A DNA stretch of 64,000 nt from contig NW_024704743.1 in assembly GCF_018977255.1 (NCBI RefSeq), positions 46,626,001-46,690,000 of the forward strand. The letters are read 5' to 3'. How positions within the stretch are numbered: the stretch's first letter is position 1; every line of letters begins with the position of its first letter. The DNA is from Callorhinchus milii. Taxonomy: Eukaryota. Under the pieces are notes generated by a model. It saw only the letters and a program-made list of their open reading frames with translations. It was not told the DNA's origin and did no database searches. Below are positions 12,346-25,407 of this stretch, piece after piece. The position numbers were made by a program, and so were the translations under genes.

Positions 12346-13268
12346 GATGTGATAAGGGGCTATAAAATTAGTGGTATTTCTTCTTTCCTTCTAACAGTCA
12401 CACACTTTGGCTGTGGGCATATCTAACAGAGGTCGGCTCAGCAGTGAACTTATCGAATGGTTACGCCTCTCCACTGCAAACAAGTGGTACAAATACTTTA
12501 CATTTACAAACACAAGCTTCCAATGTTCATAGGAAAATAGCTGAGAAAAATCTACTGACTTATAATGCAGTCGCCATTTGCATTGCATACCTAACACCCT
12601 GGAAATGTGAGTTTATTGAAGTGACATCTGTACACAGTTTATACCGACCGAGTTTGATTTTGTACAATGCAACTATCAATATCGATCAGCATCAAGCGAA
12701 ATACAAATGCAAGCTTCCTTGCACCTGACATGATCTCGAAAGCTATTCTGCTTGTCTGTGTGGAGATCGTTGAAATTTAAAAGAAGTGCTATAAAAAATT
12801 GATAGTGCACTTAAAAACAGAAGGGCTAACACACTTACTCAAGCAGGAAGGCAGAGAAGCCCATTTTCTCCTCTAGTTTGTAGTTGAAATTGTATTGTAA
12901 CGTTGAAGGTTGCAGTTCATGAAAGTACAATTCTTGTTGGTATCATATGATTGTCGGTCAGTTTTCAAAGGCTGTCACACCCTGGAATCAGAGTGGATAA
13001 GGATCTTCTCCAGTGCCAATGCCCCATGCATGTTGTCTGTTGTGTGTTCTGTCTGTCTAGTTTTTAAATCAGTTTGCTAATTTCCAAGGCTAAAACAAAT
13101 CGCAGCAGGACGCTGAGATCTCGGCCAAGGAAGCAGTGGCTAACTAGTGCTCGAGTGAATCAGTACTAGATGGGATTCCTTGCTTTAGGAATTGTTACAG
13201 TGGGATAGACTGCAAGGCCAATCAACAAGAGCACACAATATACAGATGCTTTCCTCCCTTTATTTATG

Positions 13269-14177
13269 AATAACAACAACAATAAGATTACATTTGTATA
13301 GCGCCTTTCACGTTGGGAGGACGTTCCAAGGCGCTGGACAAAGTACAGCATTTCAGATCCGAGCTGGGGTTGGGGGTAAGGGAAGGGAGGGGAAGGGGGG
13401 TGGCCAATGACATGGTCGAAGAGGAGGGTCTTGAGGCAGGACTTGAAGGAAGCTAAGGAGGGGGCGAGGCGGAGTGATTGGGGAATGGAATTCCAGAGGT
13501 TGGGGGCAGAGTGGCTGAAGGCTCTCCTGCCAATGGTGGGGCGGGTGGTTCAGGAGACGTGGAGCAGGCCGGAGCCGGCTGAGCGGAGGGAGCGGGTGGG
13601 TTGGTAGGGGGTTAGGTGGTCCAGAGGTAGGGTGGGGCGAGGCCATGGAGGGCTTTGTATGTGAGGACCAGGATTTTGAACTGGATCCTCTGAAGGATAG
13701 GGAGCCAGTGGAGTCGGGCGAGAGTGGGGGAGATGGGATCACAAGTTTGGTGCGGAGAGGACACGGGCTGCAGAGTTCTGCATTATCTGCAGCCTGTGGA
13801 GGGAGGAGTTGGGAAGGCCGACAAGCAGCGCGTTTGCATAGTCGTGGCTGGAGGTGATGAAGGCATGAACAAGAGTTTCAGCGGCCTGAGGGGTGAGGTA
13901 GTGGCGGAATCGGGCAATGTTACGGAGGTGAGGGAAGACAGAGTGGGTCATGGCTTAAATGTGGGGAAGAAAAGACAGTTGAGGGTCGAACAAGACACCC
14001 AGGTTCCTGACTGGCTTGGTGAGTTGAAGTGTGCAGCCATGGAGGTTGATGCTGCCAGAGCCTGAGGTGCTGAGGCGCTGGCGCGAGGCAATCAGGAGGG
14101 CCTCAGTCTTGTTCACATTCAACTGTAGGAAATTTTTCCCTCATCCAGGACTTGATGTCCGACAGGCAGTCAGACCA
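13269..14177 (-). mobile_element. L2-clade LINE, 5'-truncated
   Basis: HLRNIARFRHYLTPQAAETLVHAFITS..DYANALLVGLPNSSLHRLQIMQNSAARVL; (TTG)n tail. Confidence 0.93.
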
Positions 14178-14599
14178 GATCCATTTAAAGGATCTAAATG
14201 ATGACTGAGTGTTGCAAAATAAGGGCCCTGACAATGCAGAAGAGGACATGTTGCTATTACGTTTTCAATAGCAGTGGAATAATTCTATGATAGCTTGCTT
14301 GCTGTCTCACCATAAGCTATAAAGTCCCATGGAACATTCGCGCATTCATTTAGCCTCCAGATGGTATGGAAAAAAGTATTCAGCCACAATTCTGTACAGC
14401 CTCCTTCACTATTCGACTGTCAGGAAATGTCAGTAATCTCAGACTGATGACCCCTCTGCTCTCAATAGACTCACATTCAGATTTTCTCACTGGATTGCCC
14501 GAGAATTTGGATGAAGTTCCTTTACCAGAGTTTTAATAAAAAACTCCTCCCAATCCTTCAACTTCAACTTAGTTGAAGGATCCATTGGGACATGTTGAA

Positions 14600-15320
14600 T
14601 ATGTACAAGAGATATTCAGCCTAGGTTATGAGATGGGCACTCTGGTAGAGGGATCAATATCAAAGGGACATAGATTTGTGATTAGAGATGGTTTCAAGTG
14701 GAGATGAACAACAACATTTTATATTTATATAGTCCCTTTCACTTCAGGAGAACATCTCAAAGTACTTAAACAGTTGACAGGAACCCAAGCCAGAGCGGGG
14801 ATGGGGGTAGTTTAAGAGGGAAGGAAAAACGACGAAAGTGCAATAAGAGATTGGGTCTTAAGATGGGCTTTGAAAGTGGGGAGGGAGGGGCCAAGGCAGA
14901 GGGCCTCCAGGATGGAATTCCAGAGAAAGAAGACAGAATGATTGAAAGTTTTCCCACACCGATCGTGGCCAGGTAGGGAATATGAAGCAGACCATTGCAA
15001 ACTGAGCAGAGGGAATGGTCAGGTCAGGAGGATTGTAGCAGGTCACAGAGGTAGGGAGGGTTGAGGTTGTGGAGTGACTTGAATGTGAAGGCGAGGATCT
15101 TGAATGGGATCCTGGGAAAAACAAGCTCTTCGCCCAAAGTGCTGTGAGAATGTGGAATTCAGTTTGTCAGAAGGCTGTAGATGCAGTGTCATTTGGGATG
15201 TTTAAAAGAGAGGCAGATACTCAGAAAGTAAGCAGGATAGAAGAGGAATGGAATCAAATGATATGCCATGATCTAATAAAATGTCAGAAGAGGTTCGATG
15301 GGCTGAATGGCCTCAGCTTT
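14600..15320 (+). mobile_element. CR1 LINE 3' end split by an antisense L2 (14707-15115)
   Basis: aagggacatagatttgtgattaga (GH.F.I motif) before the insertion; ttcgcccaaagtgctgtgagaatgtggaattca (F.Q..VRMWNS) and gatgggctgaatggcct (CR1 3' UTR) after it. Confidence 0.75.
14707..15115 (-). mobile_element. L2 3' fragment
   Basis: Minus-strand LWNSILEALCLGPSLPTFKAHLKT; tail aacaacaacattttatatttatatag. Confidence 0.8.
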
Positions 15321-16015
15321 CTACTTTCCTGTAGGTGTGCGTAATCCCACTAGACCAAAAATGAATGTGGAAGCAGATGTTCCTTTTCCTCAAGACATAC
15401 TAGACAATAAAAAACTGAAACGTGTTTTATAAAAAAAATTCCAGTCACTTCTGAGACACAAACCTCTGACTTACAAATGGTACAAATGATACCATGGAAG
15501 TGAACAGGCAAATTGTCCTTATGTGGTGTGTTTTCTTATTGAGATAATTCTGATATTCCTTTTGGATTTACACCTAATTCATGTACAGCATCATCTCATA
15601 AATACACTCTTAACAATATTTGCTTTTAATTTTGATGACATAAAGCATAATTGTAATAGCATTGTCTACCGTATGACTATCCTGGCCACTTACAAGGCAT
15701 TAATCAACAACAACTTGCATTTATATAGCACCCTCCATGCGTCCAGAGCGCTTAGCATTACCTCAGTATTTTTGCACATGTCAGGATATTAATTTCACAG
15801 GCATACACTCTGTGCGGCAATTGTCACTTAAATTTAGCACGCGTCAGAAAATTGTACATTTCTAACAAATCGTTCTTGAAGTTTTGTGTAATAGGAATAA
15901 TGAGGCTAAAAGAGTTGATATTACAACATTCCCAGCAGTTAGTCTAGTGCTTAACCTTGTAATACTGTATTTACTAATACAATTCTGCCAATATTTATCC
16001 CAGTATTACTTACAA

Positions 16016-16225
16016 ATACAATTTATATTTATATAGTACATTTCACATCAGGTGGATGTTTCAAAGTGCTTCACAGAGCCAGCTGGGAGTCTGAGCTAGG
16101 GGTTGGGGAGCTGAGGAAAGGGCAAAAGTAATCAAAATCACAGTTAAAAAGAAAGGTCTTAAGGCAGGCTTCAAAAATAGGGAGGGAGAAGTGAGGCAGA
16201 GGGACTCCAGGGTGGAATTCCAGAG
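16016..16225 (-). mobile_element. Short L2 3' fragment
   Basis: Minus-strand LWNSTLESLCLT and IFEACLKTFLF; L2 tail. Confidence 0.7.
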
Positions 16226-16425
16226 AATAACGCAGAGTGACTTGTGACACTGTACATTGTAAGAGTGACTCAGAATGTACATTATTAAATTCAGAGTGTA
16301 TATTATGAGATTGACTGTGATAGTGTACATTGTGAGTGATCAAGAGTGTGCATTTGCTAGTGGTGAGAATATTATGGCTTGAATATTTTAACTTATGCAA
16401 ATAAAGAGATCATTTTTGGGGGGAG

Positions 16426-16742
16426 CATTGTCAGAGGTGCCATCCTTCAGATTAAACATTAAACTGAAATCCTGTCTACCTATTCAGGTGGACATTAAAG
16501 ATCCCATGGCTCTATTCGAAAAGAAAAGGGAGTTTATCCCTGTGTCCTTGCCAACAATCCCCCAAATAAAAAAAAATTGTCAATCATTTCATGGATGTTT
16601 GTGGGACATTGCTGTGTACAATTATGCTGCTGCATTTGCCTGCAAATACAGTCACTCTATTTCACAGTAAATCCTGTGAAGCACCTTGAAACGATCTGCC
16701 GACATGATAAGGTGATAAGCCAAATGCAAGGATTAATATTAT
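16426..16742 (+). mobile_element. Deu-type SINE lacking its head
   Basis: gcattgtcagaggtgcc...aaagatcccatggctctattcgaa...gtttgtgggacattgctgtg...aaatgcaaggatt. Confidence 0.8.
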
Positions 16743-16856
16743 CCCACCATGCTGGATAACCCTGTGGACTCATGGCATCCTTCCACTTGCTTTCCTTGGA
16801 TGCATCAAGAAATTTCACCTGGGTGTAGATTTACTATTTTTTAGATTTTAGATTTT

Positions 16857-16906
16857 AGTTGGTTTCTGTAGTACTTCAAAGTTGGTTTCTGTAGTCCTTC
16901 AAAGTT
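16857..16906. repeat. 23-bp tandem duplication (2.2 copies)
   Basis: agttggtttctgtagt[a/c]cttcaa twice, one mismatch. Confidence 0.9.
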
Positions 16907-17476
16907 AAGGCTATATTTTAAAAAAATCGATATTCTAAAATATCATATAGAGAAAGCTGGTGGAATATCTCCTCACAAACAAAAGACAATGAAAATAAAT
17001 GTCAAAAATCTTAAAAGCCTCTTTAGCCCATTGTATTAATATCATTACTACTGAGATTAGACCCTAAAGGTATTTTTTTGGATGAACATTGAAAGCATGA
17101 ATTGTAAGGAAAGGGTTGTTAATTGGCTTTTTGTCTTGTTTTGCCTTTACAATGTTTTACATGTTATTAGTGAGGTTGGTACGTAATGTGCCCTGTTTTT
17201 TGACGCCTGTTGTCATATTAAATGTTGGGCAAAAACTATCGGCTTTAATGACAATGGTTATTAACGTCAACTCTTTCAATACAGTAATTATACTTCAGAC
17301 CTCAGACTGCAGATGATGATGAGAAGGGAGGCATTTGAATAGAATGAAAACTGGGCAATATATTTTTAAAATGTATTTCTTTAAAAATTTGCTATGTATC
17401 CAACATTCCAATTTCAAATGGAAATGCATTCTATTTTGAAGATTTTTTCAAGCTTTTCTACTTGGGAATGAACTCT

Positions 17477-18237
17477 GCCAGCCAGTCAGGAACCTGGGTG
17501 TCTTGTTTGACCCTGAACTGTCCTTTTTCCCCCACATCTGTGCCATAACCGGCACTGCCTACCACCACCTCCACAACATTGCCAGACTCCGCCACTGTCT
17601 CACCCCTCAGGCTGCCGAAACCCTCACCCACGCATTCGTCACATCAAGGCTCGATTACGGGAACTCCCTCCTTATCGGCCTTCCTAACTCTTCCCTTCAC
17701 AAGCTGCAAATCATCCAAAGCTCTGCAGCTCGTGTACTCTCACACACCAGGCTCCGTGACCCCACCACTCCCACCCTCGCCCGACTCTACTGGCTCCCCA
17801 TCCCTCAGAGGATTGAATTCAAGATCCTTGTCCTCACTTTCAAGGCCATCCACGGCCTTGTCCCCTCCTACCTCTCTGACCTGCTGACTCCCTACCAACC
17901 TGCCCGCTCACTCGGTTCAGCGGGCTCCGGCCTGCTCCATGTCTCCCGCCCAACCCGACCTACTATCGGTGGCCGAGCTTTCAGCCTCTCTGCCCTCACA
18001 CTCTGGAACTCCATCCCACGGTCCCTTCACCTCGCTTCCTCCCTTGCCTCCTTCAAGGCCGGTCTCAAGACCCTCCTCTTTGATCGTGCCTTCGGTTGCC
18101 CTCCTACCTCTCTGCCTTCTCTCACCCCTACCCCACCCCTCCACCATGCTCGGGTCCTGACCTCTGACTGTCCAGTGCCTAGGAACGTCCTCCCGACATG
18201 AAGGTCGCTCTATATCTGTAATTTTGTTGTTGTTGTC
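17477..18237 (+). mobile_element. L2-clade LINE, 5'-truncated, with an uninterrupted ORF2 C-terminus (17503-18201)
   Basis: FDPELSF...AETLTHAFVTSRLDYGNSLLIGLP...LYWLPIPQRIEFKILVLTFKAIHGLVPSYLSDLL...GGRAFS...LWNSIP...FKAGLKTLLF; (TTG)n tail. Confidence 0.95.
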
Positions 18238-19068
18238 TGCACTTTTCCCCTTCTTCAGCTGTTGCACAGTACAGATCTCCGTTCTGTGAGACTTGTTCCT
18301 GTGATTTGGAGGCTTTGGAGCAGTACTAAAGTGTGATGTTCATCGCAGCACATTGTGTTTTGTGGGTGCTAATTTGTTGACAAAATTAGTACAGATATCC
18401 CTGAATGACTTCCACTTTTAAATGTGATCTTTGGTTAAGTAGTGTTCAGATTTTTTTTAAATGATAAGAGTATTCAGTTTTCTCCATGTACATATATAAT
18501 AGTGAACCATTTTTACCATTCTCTGCTATATTTGATTGGTTACTAAATGTATGGGTAAATACATTTTCTTAATCACACACTCAAAAAATCAAAACAGCAT
18601 AGGTTATAGATGGAGAAATAAATATGTAGGTGCATAGTGTCATGGATTAGTAATATGTACATTATATATAGACAGAGGGATAAGTAGTAAGGCAGATAAA
18701 TATGATTGATAGATGAATACATAGAAAGTTCAGTCAGATAAGTGAGTGCCTTGGGCCAGACATATTTCAGTATACATAGCTGCCCATATAATCCTTTAAG
18801 GATTGAAAAACCTTTAAGCCTTTGAAATACACACATCTTTCTATCACTCCATTTTTGCAAAACTATCTGTGAGGTTTTAATGAAATGTACCCGTATGACG
18901 CAATGGGTTTAGAAGACTGCACAGAATATGGGAATAAATCCACCCAAATTAGAATTCTCTTTGCATATTCATGATGTTGCTGCAGTTTTCAGGGTTGGCA
19001 GGAGTAGGCACTGCCCTAACTAGTGATACATAATTGAGCACTACGATTATGGAGAGGCAAGATTACAA

Positions 19069-19385
19069 TAAATAATAATCCTTGCATTTGATATAGTCCT
19101 TTATCCTGTCTTCAAAGCATCTCAGAATGCTTCACAGGATTTACTGTAAAGTGGAGTGACTGTATGTGTAAATCATGGCAGCTAATTTACACATGGCAAG
19201 ATCCCACAAACAGGCAGGAAGCGAATGACCATTTTTTAACCTTTTGGCATTTATTGAACAGGATACTGGAAGAAACTCCCTTCTGTTTATTGAATAATGC
19301 CATGGCATCTTTAATGTTCATCCTGAACTGGCAGATGGGACCTGAGTTTAACATTTCAGCTAAATGATGGCATTTCCAACAATGT
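19069..19385 (-). mobile_element. Deu-type SINE fragment
   Basis: aataataatccttgcatttgatatag...gaataatgccatggcatctttaatg...aactggcagatggg. Confidence 0.8.
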
Positions 19386-20565
19386 GAAAGGCGCTATTTC
19401 AAATGCAAGGATCATTTTTATGATATCACACCGAAGCTGTCACCTTTTGGACTGCAGTGTTTTAAACAACTCTGCAGTCTATTGGTGAGAAGCTATGAAG
19501 GTTATTTGAGAGCATCTCATTGTTATTCATTATCAGGATCAAACCAGAAAAACCGAAGCAGCAAATCTGTCCTATTAGAAATAACACGTTATAAAAACAA
19601 TTTCAGATTAAGGTCTCAACCAAGATGACAATTTTAATGACTGGAATGAATAATTACTGTACAATGATAAATGATTACAGATGTGTTTCTCAGTCTACCC
19701 CAGGAGCGATGCCATTTGGAAAGGAAGGTTTAGTTTACTGTGTCTGAGTCAATTCATTGACGCACTCAAAACCATCTCTCTCTTTACATTGTCTTGATTA
19801 AACAAAGAAATAAATTGAAATAAACAAGGTGCTCAAAATTCCTCGCTTTGTGAATAGCAAGAGAAATGTTTTCATATTCATCTTATGTATTTGCACTATT
19901 GCCCAAAATCCCAGTGCTGAGTGTGCATATAATCATTCTGTTCCTTTAATTAAAATAACTACTCAAGACAAAATCTTATTGATCAGCATTTTACACACTG
20001 AAAGTGCATGGGTCCTGACTTTCCTTTGTAATTAACATTTCAATTATGATCTGCTGAGCGTTAATGCTGACTGTGGATTTATGCATAGAACTGTAAGTTG
20101 CAACAGCAATAACGCAACATGTGTCTAACATAACAACTTCAACAAGAACTTGCATTTATATTGTGCCCTTCATGTGGGGGAGCAGCTGGGAGTGCTATGG
20201 CATTTTGGCACATGGTATGATGTGTCCATCGAGTGCAACAGCGACAATACAAATCTTGAGTTTTAATTGTACAAATGTACAATATATCATAGTGCAATCT
20301 GAATATGCTGGCATTCGTCCAACACGGAAGCGTTTCACCTTTGCCCGTCTGTCCTCTAGTTTCCTCCCTCTGCTTTTACAGCCATTTGGTTTCAAACATA
20401 ATTCGGGTATCAACTCATGAATGACCCTGCTGCCCTATTTGTTCTCAGGAGTGTTTGCTGCATGTTATAAGAGTACCTAATTGCTCTGGGATGCTACCCT
20501 GCATGACGGGCGCTATATAAATGTAAGTTCTTGTTGTTGTAATTGTCCCTTTCCCTCTAAATTAG

Positions 20566-20913
20566 AGAGTCCTGTAGTGTATTGGTTAGAGCACTTGCCT
20601 CGCAAGCAAGAAGATCCAGGTTTGATTCCCAGGCAGGGAAATTTCCTTACTCCATACATTTCTGTTTACCTATCATTAAATAAGAAGCTGGTTGTTAATT
20701 GATTAGCGGATTGCTTTTCGGAGGTAATAAACTCACAAAAAAAATGTGGTCACTCAATCCACGACTAGTTTGTGGGACACTGCTGTGTGCATTTCGCCCC
20801 GCATTTCATCCACAAAGTATGCAGGCAATTCACTTTACAGTATATTCTGTAAAGCGCTTTAAGACATTGCGATGACGTGATAAGGCGCTATATCAAAGCC
20901 AGGATTAATATTA
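20566..20913 (+). mobile_element. Young tRNA-headed SINE, full length
   Basis: Head gagtcctgtagtgtattggttagagcac...ggtttgattccc, middle tttccttactccat...gtttacct...ctggttgtta, shared L2-type tail. Confidence 0.88.
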
Positions 20914-21717
20914 TAAATATGTTTAACTTTGGATTGCAAGCAGGATGAAATGTGATAATTTCCCTTTGGTGTGAATTGCTGGTATTCCTCTCTTTTTGTT
21001 CTTATTTATGCCATCCATTAGCGAACAGATGAGTTGACACCTAAATGAAATCCTTGGAAGAGGTTTTTAGGGATTTGAAGTGGTGGCAGTCTTAAAGCGT
21101 TTTAGAGACTTCTGGCTGGGCAAAATAAGAGGCATTGGCACAAAAAATGAAATAAAAATCCAACTATTTCAGCAACAGTACAAAACAAGTACTGTACTCA
21201 AAAAGTTTGAACAGCAAACAAATGCCAAGCTATGGAGAAATGATCAAGTCAGTGCTTGAAATTTAATGGCTTGCACCTTTTCAGGCTGTGTCGTAAATGC
21301 TGAGAGAGGTTGAAATCCTTCCTTAGTTTTTGTGAGAGGTTAGAGGCCTGTGTTTCGTACAATTACCAAAATATCCTTCATGATATACTATTAAGATACA
21401 TGCCTGTTACAGCAAATCTTATAAGCACCCAATTCATTTTATTGGGTCTTCCTGGGAGGAAATGGAATCCACCAGAGAGTCTGTTTGCTTGTAGCCCACA
21501 ATTGCATTGCAGAAAAATCTGTAAAAAAAATGAGTTCCTCAAGCAAAACACTATCCCAAAACGAGCAACATGTTTTTGAGGAAGAATTCATGATGTTTCC
21601 TAACAAGTGGATCCGTGCAGTCTAACGGGGAACGTGAAATCACATCACTTTAATGCTCTTGGGAAATCTTGTAAAATAATGATAGAAAGTGCTGATTTGG
21701 AATTGTGTCTGCTATTT

Positions 21718-21916
21718 ACTCATCACTCACTTATTCATTCAGGTGTCTGTCCCTCACTCAATAATATCCCTGTCACTCATTCACTCATTTATCTGTCACT
21801 CACTCACTCACTCACTCAATCAATCACTCAATCAATCAATCAATCAATCAATCACATGTCCATTGTCACTCACTCACGTGTCCGTCACTCACTCACTCAC
21901 TCACTCACTCACTCAC
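21718..21916. repeat. Compound (TCAC)n/(TCAA)n tetranucleotide microsatellite
   Basis: Directly visible. Confidence 0.9.
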
Positions 21917-23557
21917 TGCATTCTTCTCTAGGTGCTGAGAATACAATGACAATACTATGTACTGTTTAGTGAGCGGGTGGAGGGGAGCACTGTTTTTGTA
22001 GTCAGTAGAAGAGGTGTTCCAGCTCTACTGCATCAGATCCTGATTAAAATTAAAGTGACAAAATAAGTTCTACAAACTTGTTCTCTCTTGTTTGCTTGTA
22101 ATAGGATCGGGAATCTATTCCTAATCCAATTATTTGGTGGGGGTGTGTGGGGAAAGTTTTGGGAGCATCTCCAAAAGCTGTTATTAACTTTTCTTACAAA
22201 CTCAGCAACTACACTTGACAGCAAAACCCCATCAGATATTTTGATAATCCTTGTGTTTAATATAAAGTTTATTATGTTAAAATGTCGCCTAGCTCCCAGA
22301 TGCAATCTTGCGTGAAGGACACTACACACATCCAAGTTGTTTTAGCTGTCAGGTATAGTGACTGGGTATTAGTAGGCAGATATGGTACAGCACTAGAAAT
22401 CTCTCTCTTTTTCTCTCACCCAACCAGCTAATGGGCTGCAGCATCACTGGATGCCTCTTTGTGAATGAATAATGGAGCTTAAATCAAACTCCACAAGTCA
22501 GTCCCCTCTGTGCCCCTGTCAGCACATCTGTGCTCTGCCTTTTCTTTCAGATAAAGACTTTTGGTTTTAAAAATGAAAAATAAGTGAATAATGAGTAAGA
22601 ACAGCCGAAAGGAAGCCAAACACTTACAAACCACAAATGTAACATTAATGTACAGAACCTATAAATAGTTTGTAAATTGGCTGTGAATATTTCAGCTCCT
22701 GTCTTCCTTAGTTGGTTCATATTCATAATTGAGGTCAGAAGGCTGTGGTTATATTCTGTCTAGGCAAGCTGCGTTATGTCTCTCACACAGCTCAGGATTC
22801 CTTTCTCTCTTACTTCTGGCAGGACCTGCAGTAGTCACATAGCATTTGTATTGGCCTGAAACAAAACAGCAATGGATCTAATTAGCATACAGCACAAGTC
22901 ACAGAAAATGGTTCCCTGCTGGAAATTTCAAAGGAAATGACTTTGCTTTGTCTTTGTTTTAGGATCAGTCCATTACCAACTGTGTCTATGTTCAAATATA
23001 ATGCATTACTTCTTTTCCCCTCCCACTTCCCCATCCCCCACTAAAAAAAATTGCATAAATGCTGCAGTATTTAATCCAGGACAGTACAAATGACCTTCTG
23101 ACTCTTAAACCTTATCCATTGTCTTCTGATGGGTAGCACAGTGCCATCTGGTGTATGTGAAAGGAAGAATGGTTTCCAGTTTCCAGCCATTAGACCCACA
23201 AATAAAATACAATGCCAACATAGAAAACCATTGATTGTTTAAGTGTGTAAAAGGCTGCGTCTCCTGAATGTTCCCTTGTCACACAGATATCTCTTGGTAC
23301 TACTGATAGATTTGTTCCAAGTTGGTTGATAGATATGTGTGCATATACAGAGCTGCAGAGGAAACCTACCTTTTGAATCCAAACAGATCTATTTTTTCTT
23401 TGAACTCTGCAGCAATAAGAGTTTCAGCTTCTGTTACCTTATTCGGTGTTCCACTGCTCCAGCTCTTCAATAATTATACTGAGTCTGGATTGTCATACTG
23501 GATCTCAGATGAAACAAGACATTACTGCTAATATTTAGTGACTGTTTATCACATTTA

Positions 23558-23840
23558 ATAATAATAATCCTTGCATTGATTACAATGTGAAGATGTCTCA
23601 AAGCCATTCACAGCATTTACTATAATATGTAGTTACTGTGGATTTTGTAGGTGAATGTTGTCGTCAGTTTGAACACAACAATGTCCTACAAACAGCCATG
23701 AAATGAATGATCAGTTTTATCTTGCGTTTCATGTCTAGGACACCGGGAAAAACCCTCTTTGAATAATGCCATGAAATTGTTTTTTTACCATCCGCCTGAA
23801 CAGGCAGCTGTGGCTTCAGTTTAACATTTCATCCAAAGGA
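23558..23840 (-). mobile_element. Deu-type SINE fragment
   Basis: aataataataatccttgcatt...aacagccatgaaatgaatgatc...gaataatgccatg...cctgaacaggcag. Confidence 0.78.
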
Positions 23841-23851
23841 CAAATAGTTAT

Positions 23852-24050
23852 ACTGGATGAGAGCTAATTTTCTCCAGCTGAACATTAACAAAACTGAGGC
23901 TCTCTTGATTGTCTCCCGTCAGCGCCTCCACACTTCAGACACTGACAGCATCACCGTCCATGGTTGCACACTCCACCTTACTAAGCCAGTCTGGAACCTT
24001 GGCATCTTGTTTGACCCTCAACCGTACTTTCTCCCCCACATCCGTGCAAT
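23852..24050 (+). mobile_element. Internal L2 ORF2 fragment
   Basis: WMRANFLQLNINKTEALLI...NLGILFDPQ.YFLPHI. Confidence 0.88.
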
Positions 24051-24237
24051 GATCCGCTCCTGTTTATCAACTCCTCACTGTAAAGTCAGGAGTTGATAAA
24101 CAGGAAATTTATATCCTGGATCCAGTTATATATCTCCAGTTTGATTTTGCAATGTTGCGATCATTAAGTTTGTAGATGGTGTCAGTGTAAGATTCAAAAA
24201 ACCTGTTTTTCAACATTACTCTTGTGTTGCTTTTCAG

Positions 24238-24348
24238 GGTGCTGTGATCACGCCCACAATGGACCACACCATGTCCATGCAGCCTGCCAGTATGATGGGA
24301 CCGCTAGCCCAGCAGATGAATCATCTGTCACTGGGCACAGCAGGAACA
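24238..24348 (+). CDS. RBMS3: RBMS3 internal coding exon (111 nt, phase 0/0): [37 protein letters not shown]
   Basis: Acceptor ttgcttttcag and donor gtaagt flank an open 37-codon frame. The peptide is near-identical to the vertebrate RBMS3 C-terminal region as I recall it ([37 protein letters not shown]). Confidence 0.95.
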
Positions 24349-25269
24349 GTAAGTTATGGCAATATCAAGCATCTTTAGCAGGAAACTTCTAATCTCTGGT
24401 CACTTTCTTTTTTGGTTCTGCATTGTATCAATAATGTAAATGGAAATATTGCTGACGAGGTACCATTAAGGATATGGAATATATTTTAAGGCAAATGACT
24501 TGAATCCAGTAAATTGAAGTACTGGAGTTTTTCTACAGGTTATTAATGAAATTGCTGCTCCTTCTCCAATGCAGTCATGTCATAATGGAAAAGCCCCATA
24601 TTATCATGATAAATTGGTGTAATATCTGTACTGAATACTGTCTTGGATTGTTACAAAACTGGCAATTTTTTATTGAAGAACCTAGGTGATGAATGAAATT
24701 CCATAGTATACAGTATACCACCATGATGAAGAAAAGAGAAGAGATGAAGTAAATTAGGAGGGTGTGGTTAGGTGCACCATGCTTGATATAGGTGCCCTAT
24801 TATAGCTTGTACTCTGAACCCAAATGTAGACTTCAATTCAGGAAGGAGGAAAAGTGTGTAGGACATTTAACTATGAAGTACAAAGCTCCTACTGCTTGTG
24901 AGTGCTTAAAATAATATTGAATATTAATATTGAAATGTCAAGGATCTTCCATCTTTAGTAATTCCATTCTACATTCTTTAAAATCCATACATGTGCAATC
25001 TCTCCTCATTTTCCTCTGCAATTAAATAATAATAGTAATAATAATCCTTATATTTGCCTTATCATGTCATAAATTCAATAGTTACAGTAGCACATAGTAA
25101 AGAATAACTTAAGCTTTGTTCTGCTTTTTGCTTTTTTTGGTCTATTAACAATTGAGACACCATTTTTTTAAAAAAACAAATCTTGTTATAATTTTTTTTG
25201 CAATGACATGAATTGCACTTTTAGATAAATTAGCCAGATTGTCTGAATGAAACAACAGTGCCTCTTGGA

Positions 25270-25407
25270 ATGCAACATCCTCTCTGGGCTGCACTGGATT
25301 GTTAGCCTAGAACCGCAAGCTCAAGGTTACCATGTGTGACTTGGACCCACAGCTTTCTGACCAAGAGGTAAAAAAGCCGCCAATTGAACCAGGCTGATAC
25401 TCGAGGA
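25270..25407 (-). mobile_element. Old Deu-type SINE tRNA head
   Basis: Reverse complement cagcctggttcaattggc...gtcagaaagctgtgggtccaagtc...aggctaacaatccagtgcag matches the heads at ~32400-32513 and ~53270-53370. Confidence 0.6.

Noticed and set aside
17503..18201. 232-aa ORF as a domesticated gene or active LINE
   Set aside because: It is only the C-terminal part of L2 ORF2, 5'-truncated, with no RT catalytic core and no ATG start; an open frame of this size fits a young copy.
21718..21916. CRISPR-like or coding repeat array
   Set aside because: Simple tetranucleotide microsatellite with no repeat-spacer structure; the ORFs over it are low-complexity artefacts, as at 40.8, 59.4 and 60.7 kb.
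1..24237. Preceding RBMS3 exon (VQSTSWMPHPPYVMQPT-like) and the RRM exons
   Set aside because: Not found by eye; the WMP at ~22448 is not in a matching context. They probably lie upstream of the window.
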